From Scyliorhinus canicula (taxonomy: Eukaryota), in NCBI RefSeq assembly GCF_902713615.1, contig NC_052146.1, positions 85,143,982 through 85,207,981 of the forward strand: a stretch of DNA of 64,000 bases, given 5' to 3'. The position numbers and the translations under genes are program-made. The notes under the pieces were generated by a model, which worked only from the letters and a program-made list of their open reading frames with translations, made no database searches and was not told the DNA's origin. Each line of letters starts with the position of its first letter. Positions within the stretch are counted from its first letter, which is position 1. Positions 60,924 through 64,000 of this stretch are shown here, piece after piece.

Positions 60924-61723
60924 AATAACCCCATGACTGATTGTCTAGTCTGTTTCTCATGAGGCAAAGCAACTCGACTAAGGGGTCTGAGAGTTTTCCC
61001 ACTACATGGGGAACTGAAGTCCAACAATATCCAATATTCAATGTATTCAGGAGAAGAGGAGGGAATGTTAACAGCGCACATTGTTGTGCAAGTGCTTGTT
61101 AAGTAGAAAATTGGTGTAAAAACTAAACTTTGTTTTCCAATTTGTGGTTCATGGTGCATAGTTTCAAAATCACAGTTGGCTTGAAGGGTAATTTCTTGAT
61201 AGGAAGCCTTACCTAGCCTTGCACTGCTCTGAAATGTCGCTATGTGCTCATGGCTGACTGGAGTGGGAAAATTTAAACAGGATGCACATTCCATCTTTTT
61301 GGGCACTTGATAGAAAGAATATTATTATGTCCTCAATATATGATAAAGATCATAAACTGTGAAATCAAACCTGACCTTTTTGCTCATTTAAAAAGTGAAC
61401 TTTGCTGAACCAAAAGGTGGCTGCTACAGGTCACATGATTCACAAGTTGGATATAGGTTTTGTAAATTTCAAACAGCAGTTGCAAGACAGAAGCTCACCC
61501 CTCATCTTTAAAGAATCTCACACCTTTCACTACGTGGACAAATTACAATCAACAAAACCAGAGACCAGCAGATGATCCATTCCCCAGCCTGGCCCGATAA
61601 GAAAGTGGACATCAGTGTAACTCATTATACATGCTGAGGCACTCAAAACCATCATTTACCTCCTAAGGTGTGGAATGGATTTTAGATCAGAGGCAGAGAA
61701 GCTGCTTATTAACCTACAACTTT

Positions 61724-62055
61724 AGGGCAGCACGGTAGCATAGTGGTTAGCATCGTTGCTTCCCAGGTTCGATTCCCGGCTTGGGACACTGTCTGTGCGG
61801 AGTCTGCACATTCTCCATGTGTGTGCGTGGGTTTCCTCCGGGTCCTCCGGTTTCATCCCACAGTCCAAAGATGTGCAGTTTAGGTGGATTGGTCTGTGAA
61901 ATTGCCCTTCATGTAAAAAAAGATTAGGTGGGGTTACTGGGTTATGGGGATAGGGTGGAGGTGTGGGCTTAGGTAGGGTGCTCTTTCCAAGGGCTAGTGC
62001 AGACTCAATGGGCAGAATGGCCTCCTTCTGCACTGTAAGTTCTATGATTCCATGA
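61724..62055 (+). mobile_element. HE1-like V-SINE
   Basis: GGGCAGCACGGTAGC head (small deletion), V-domain, tail TTCTATGATTCCATGA. Confidence 0.9.
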
Positions 62056-62078
62056 ATCGATTTATTATTGGGCAACAT

Positions 62079-62316
62079 GGGCAGCACGGTGGCACAGTGG
62101 TTAGCATTGCTGCCTCACGGCGCTGAGGTCCCAGGTTCGATCCCGGCTCTGGGTCACTGTCTGTGTGGAGTTTGCACATCCTCCCCGTGTTTGCGTGGGT
62201 TTCGCCCCCACAACCCAAAGATGTGCAGGGTAGGTGGATTGGCCACGCTAAATTGTTCCTTAATTGGAAAAATGAATTGGATACTCTAAATTTATTTTTT
62301 AAAAACAAAAACAAAA
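62079..62316 (+). mobile_element. SINE type B with 15-bp TSD
   Basis: TSD ATTATTGGGCAACAT (62064-62078, 62317-62331). Confidence 0.93.
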
Positions 62317-62364
62317 ATTATTGGGCAACATCACATGACCTGCGCTTCTAGCCTTTGGAAAGTT

Positions 62365-62480
62365 GTTTATAAATTTAGAGTAACAATTTTTTTTCCAATT
62401 AAGGGGCAATTTAGAGTGGCCAATTCACCTACCCTGCACATCTTTTGGGGTTGTGGGGGTGAGACCCATGCAGACACAGG
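62365..62480 (-). mobile_element. SINE type B 3' half
   Basis: AAATTTAGAG..CCAATTAAGGGGCAATTTAG. Confidence 0.85.
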
Positions 62481-62594
62481 AAAAGTTTTAATATTATATT
62501 TCCAGACTTGCAACTCAGTCTGCAGTTTAAATTCTAGCCTGAAAACATCAGAACAGGACTCCTGGCTGACCAACAATCTGCAGCCTCCTTGAAG

Positions 62595-63002
62595 AAAAAG
62601 TGAAAAAGCTGGAAAAACCCAGCAGGTCTGGCAGCATCTGTGTAGAGAGAAACAGAGTTAATGTTTTGATGCTGTCTGACTATTCTTCAGAGCAGAAGAG
62701 GGCAGAAACGTGATGGATTATATAGTTGAGGGGTGGGGTGGAGAAGGTGAACCAGAATAGAAGGTCAGGGATAAGTGGGAGTTTAGGAGAGATTGTCAAA
62801 GATGTCATGGACAGAAGACAAAGGCGAAAGAAAGTGTTAACAATGGCATAGTGGTAAGGTCCCGGAATGAGCTAATAGCAGAACAAGGGTCAGTACTCTG
62901 CGAAAACAAAATAAGTTACAGATGGCCCTGTGGGGGAGGGGGCTGGGGAAATAAATACCAAAATGAAGGACAGAGTTCATGGTCTGAAGTTGTTGAACTC
63001 AA
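62595..63002 (-). mobile_element. Penelope-like element 3' end (ORF C-terminus, 3'UTR, pLTR with decayed hammerhead)
   Basis: Minus strand GAGTTCAACAACTTCAGACCATGA = EFNNFRP*; downstream CTGAAGAA..AAAACATTAACTCTGTTTCTCTC..ACAGATGCTGCCAGACCTGCTG. Confidence 0.65.
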
Positions 63003-63003
63003 A

Positions 63004-64000
63004 GAGGGTGCCAGTGTTCAGGTAGGTGGTTTGAAGTGTGTCTACTTCAATGCCAGGAGTATACGAAATAAGGTAGGGGAACTGGCAGCATGGGTTGGTA
63101 CCTGGGACTTCAATGTTGTGGCCATTTCAGAGACATGGATAGAGCAGGGACAGGAATGGTTGTTGCAGGTTCCGGGGTTTAGGTGTTTTAGTAAGCTCAG
63201 AAAAGGGGGCAAAAGAGGGGGAGGTGTGGCGCTGCTAGTCAAGGACAGTATTACGGTGGCGGAAAGGATGCTAGATGGGGACTCTTCTTCTGAGATAGTA
63301 TGGGCTGAGGTTAGAAACAGGAAAGGAGAGGTCACCCTGTTGGGAGTTTTCTATAGGCCACCTAATAGTTCTAGGGATGTAGAGGAAAGGATGGCGAAGA
63401 TGATTCTGGAAAAGAGCGAAAGTAACAGGGTAGTTGTTATGGGAGACTTTAACTTTCCAAATATTGACTGGAAAATATATAGTTCGAGTACATTAGATGG
63501 GTCGTTCTTTGTACAATGTGTGCAGGAGGGTTTCCTGACACAATATGTTGACAGGCCAACAAGAGGCGAGGCCACATTGGATTTGGTTTTGGGTAATGAA
63601 CCAGGCCAGGTGTTAGATCTGGAGGTAGGTGAGCACTTTGGTAACAGTGACCACAATTCGGTGACCTTTACGTTAGTGATGGAAAGGGATAAGTATACCC
63701 CGCAGGGCAAGAGTTATAGCTGGGGGAAGGGCAATTATGATGCCATTAGACATGACTTAGGATGTGTAGGTTGGAGAAGTAGGCTGCAAGGGTTGGGCAC
63801 ACTGGATATGTGGAGCTTGTTCAAGGAACAGCTATTGCATGTTCTTGATAAGTACGTACCAGTCAGGCAGGGAGGAAGGGGTCGAGCGAGGGAACCGTGG
63901 TTTACCAAAGAAGTGGAATCTCTTGTTAAGAGGAAGAAGGAGGCCTATGTGAAGATGAGGCGTGAAGTTTCAGTTGGGGCGCTTGATAGTTACAAGGAAG
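63004..64000 (+). mobile_element. Young CR1 LINE ORF2: intact APE endonuclease domain, open to the window end
   Basis: Hand translation, ~330 codons without stop: LKCVYFNARS, ISETW, RGGGVALLV, FYRPP, VMGDFN, PTRGEATLDLV, NSDHN, EPWFTKE. Confidence 0.95.

Overview
This is repeat-dense vertebrate non-coding DNA, almost certainly a cartilaginous fish (HE1/V-SINE-type SINEs, HER1/CR1-type LINEs, Deu-domain SINE remnants; probably a catshark, inferred). No host protein-coding exon can be supported, so it reads as intron or intergenic sequence. It is a nested mosaic of decayed LINEs (CR1, a CR1/L2-like family, L1/Tx1, RTE/BovB), at least five tRNA-derived SINE types built from shuffled modules, hAT MITEs with 8-bp TSDs, a decayed hAT Charlie/Buster transposase, many GC-rich MITEs, short solo LTRs, and a ~2.3 kb two-domain minisatellite spanning a 100-N gap. 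The only long intact frame is a CR1 ORF2 endonuclease running off the right end. The most notable signal is a pair of ~190-215 bp fold-back mini-insertions (7966-8180 and 33910-34097). Each has a 12-13 bp TSD and one complete minimal hammerhead-ribozyme motif, consistent with Penelope-like pLTR-only insertions. A second Penelope-like family is present with decayed hammerhead cores. Family names come from recognition, not database searches, and boundaries without TSDs are approximate.
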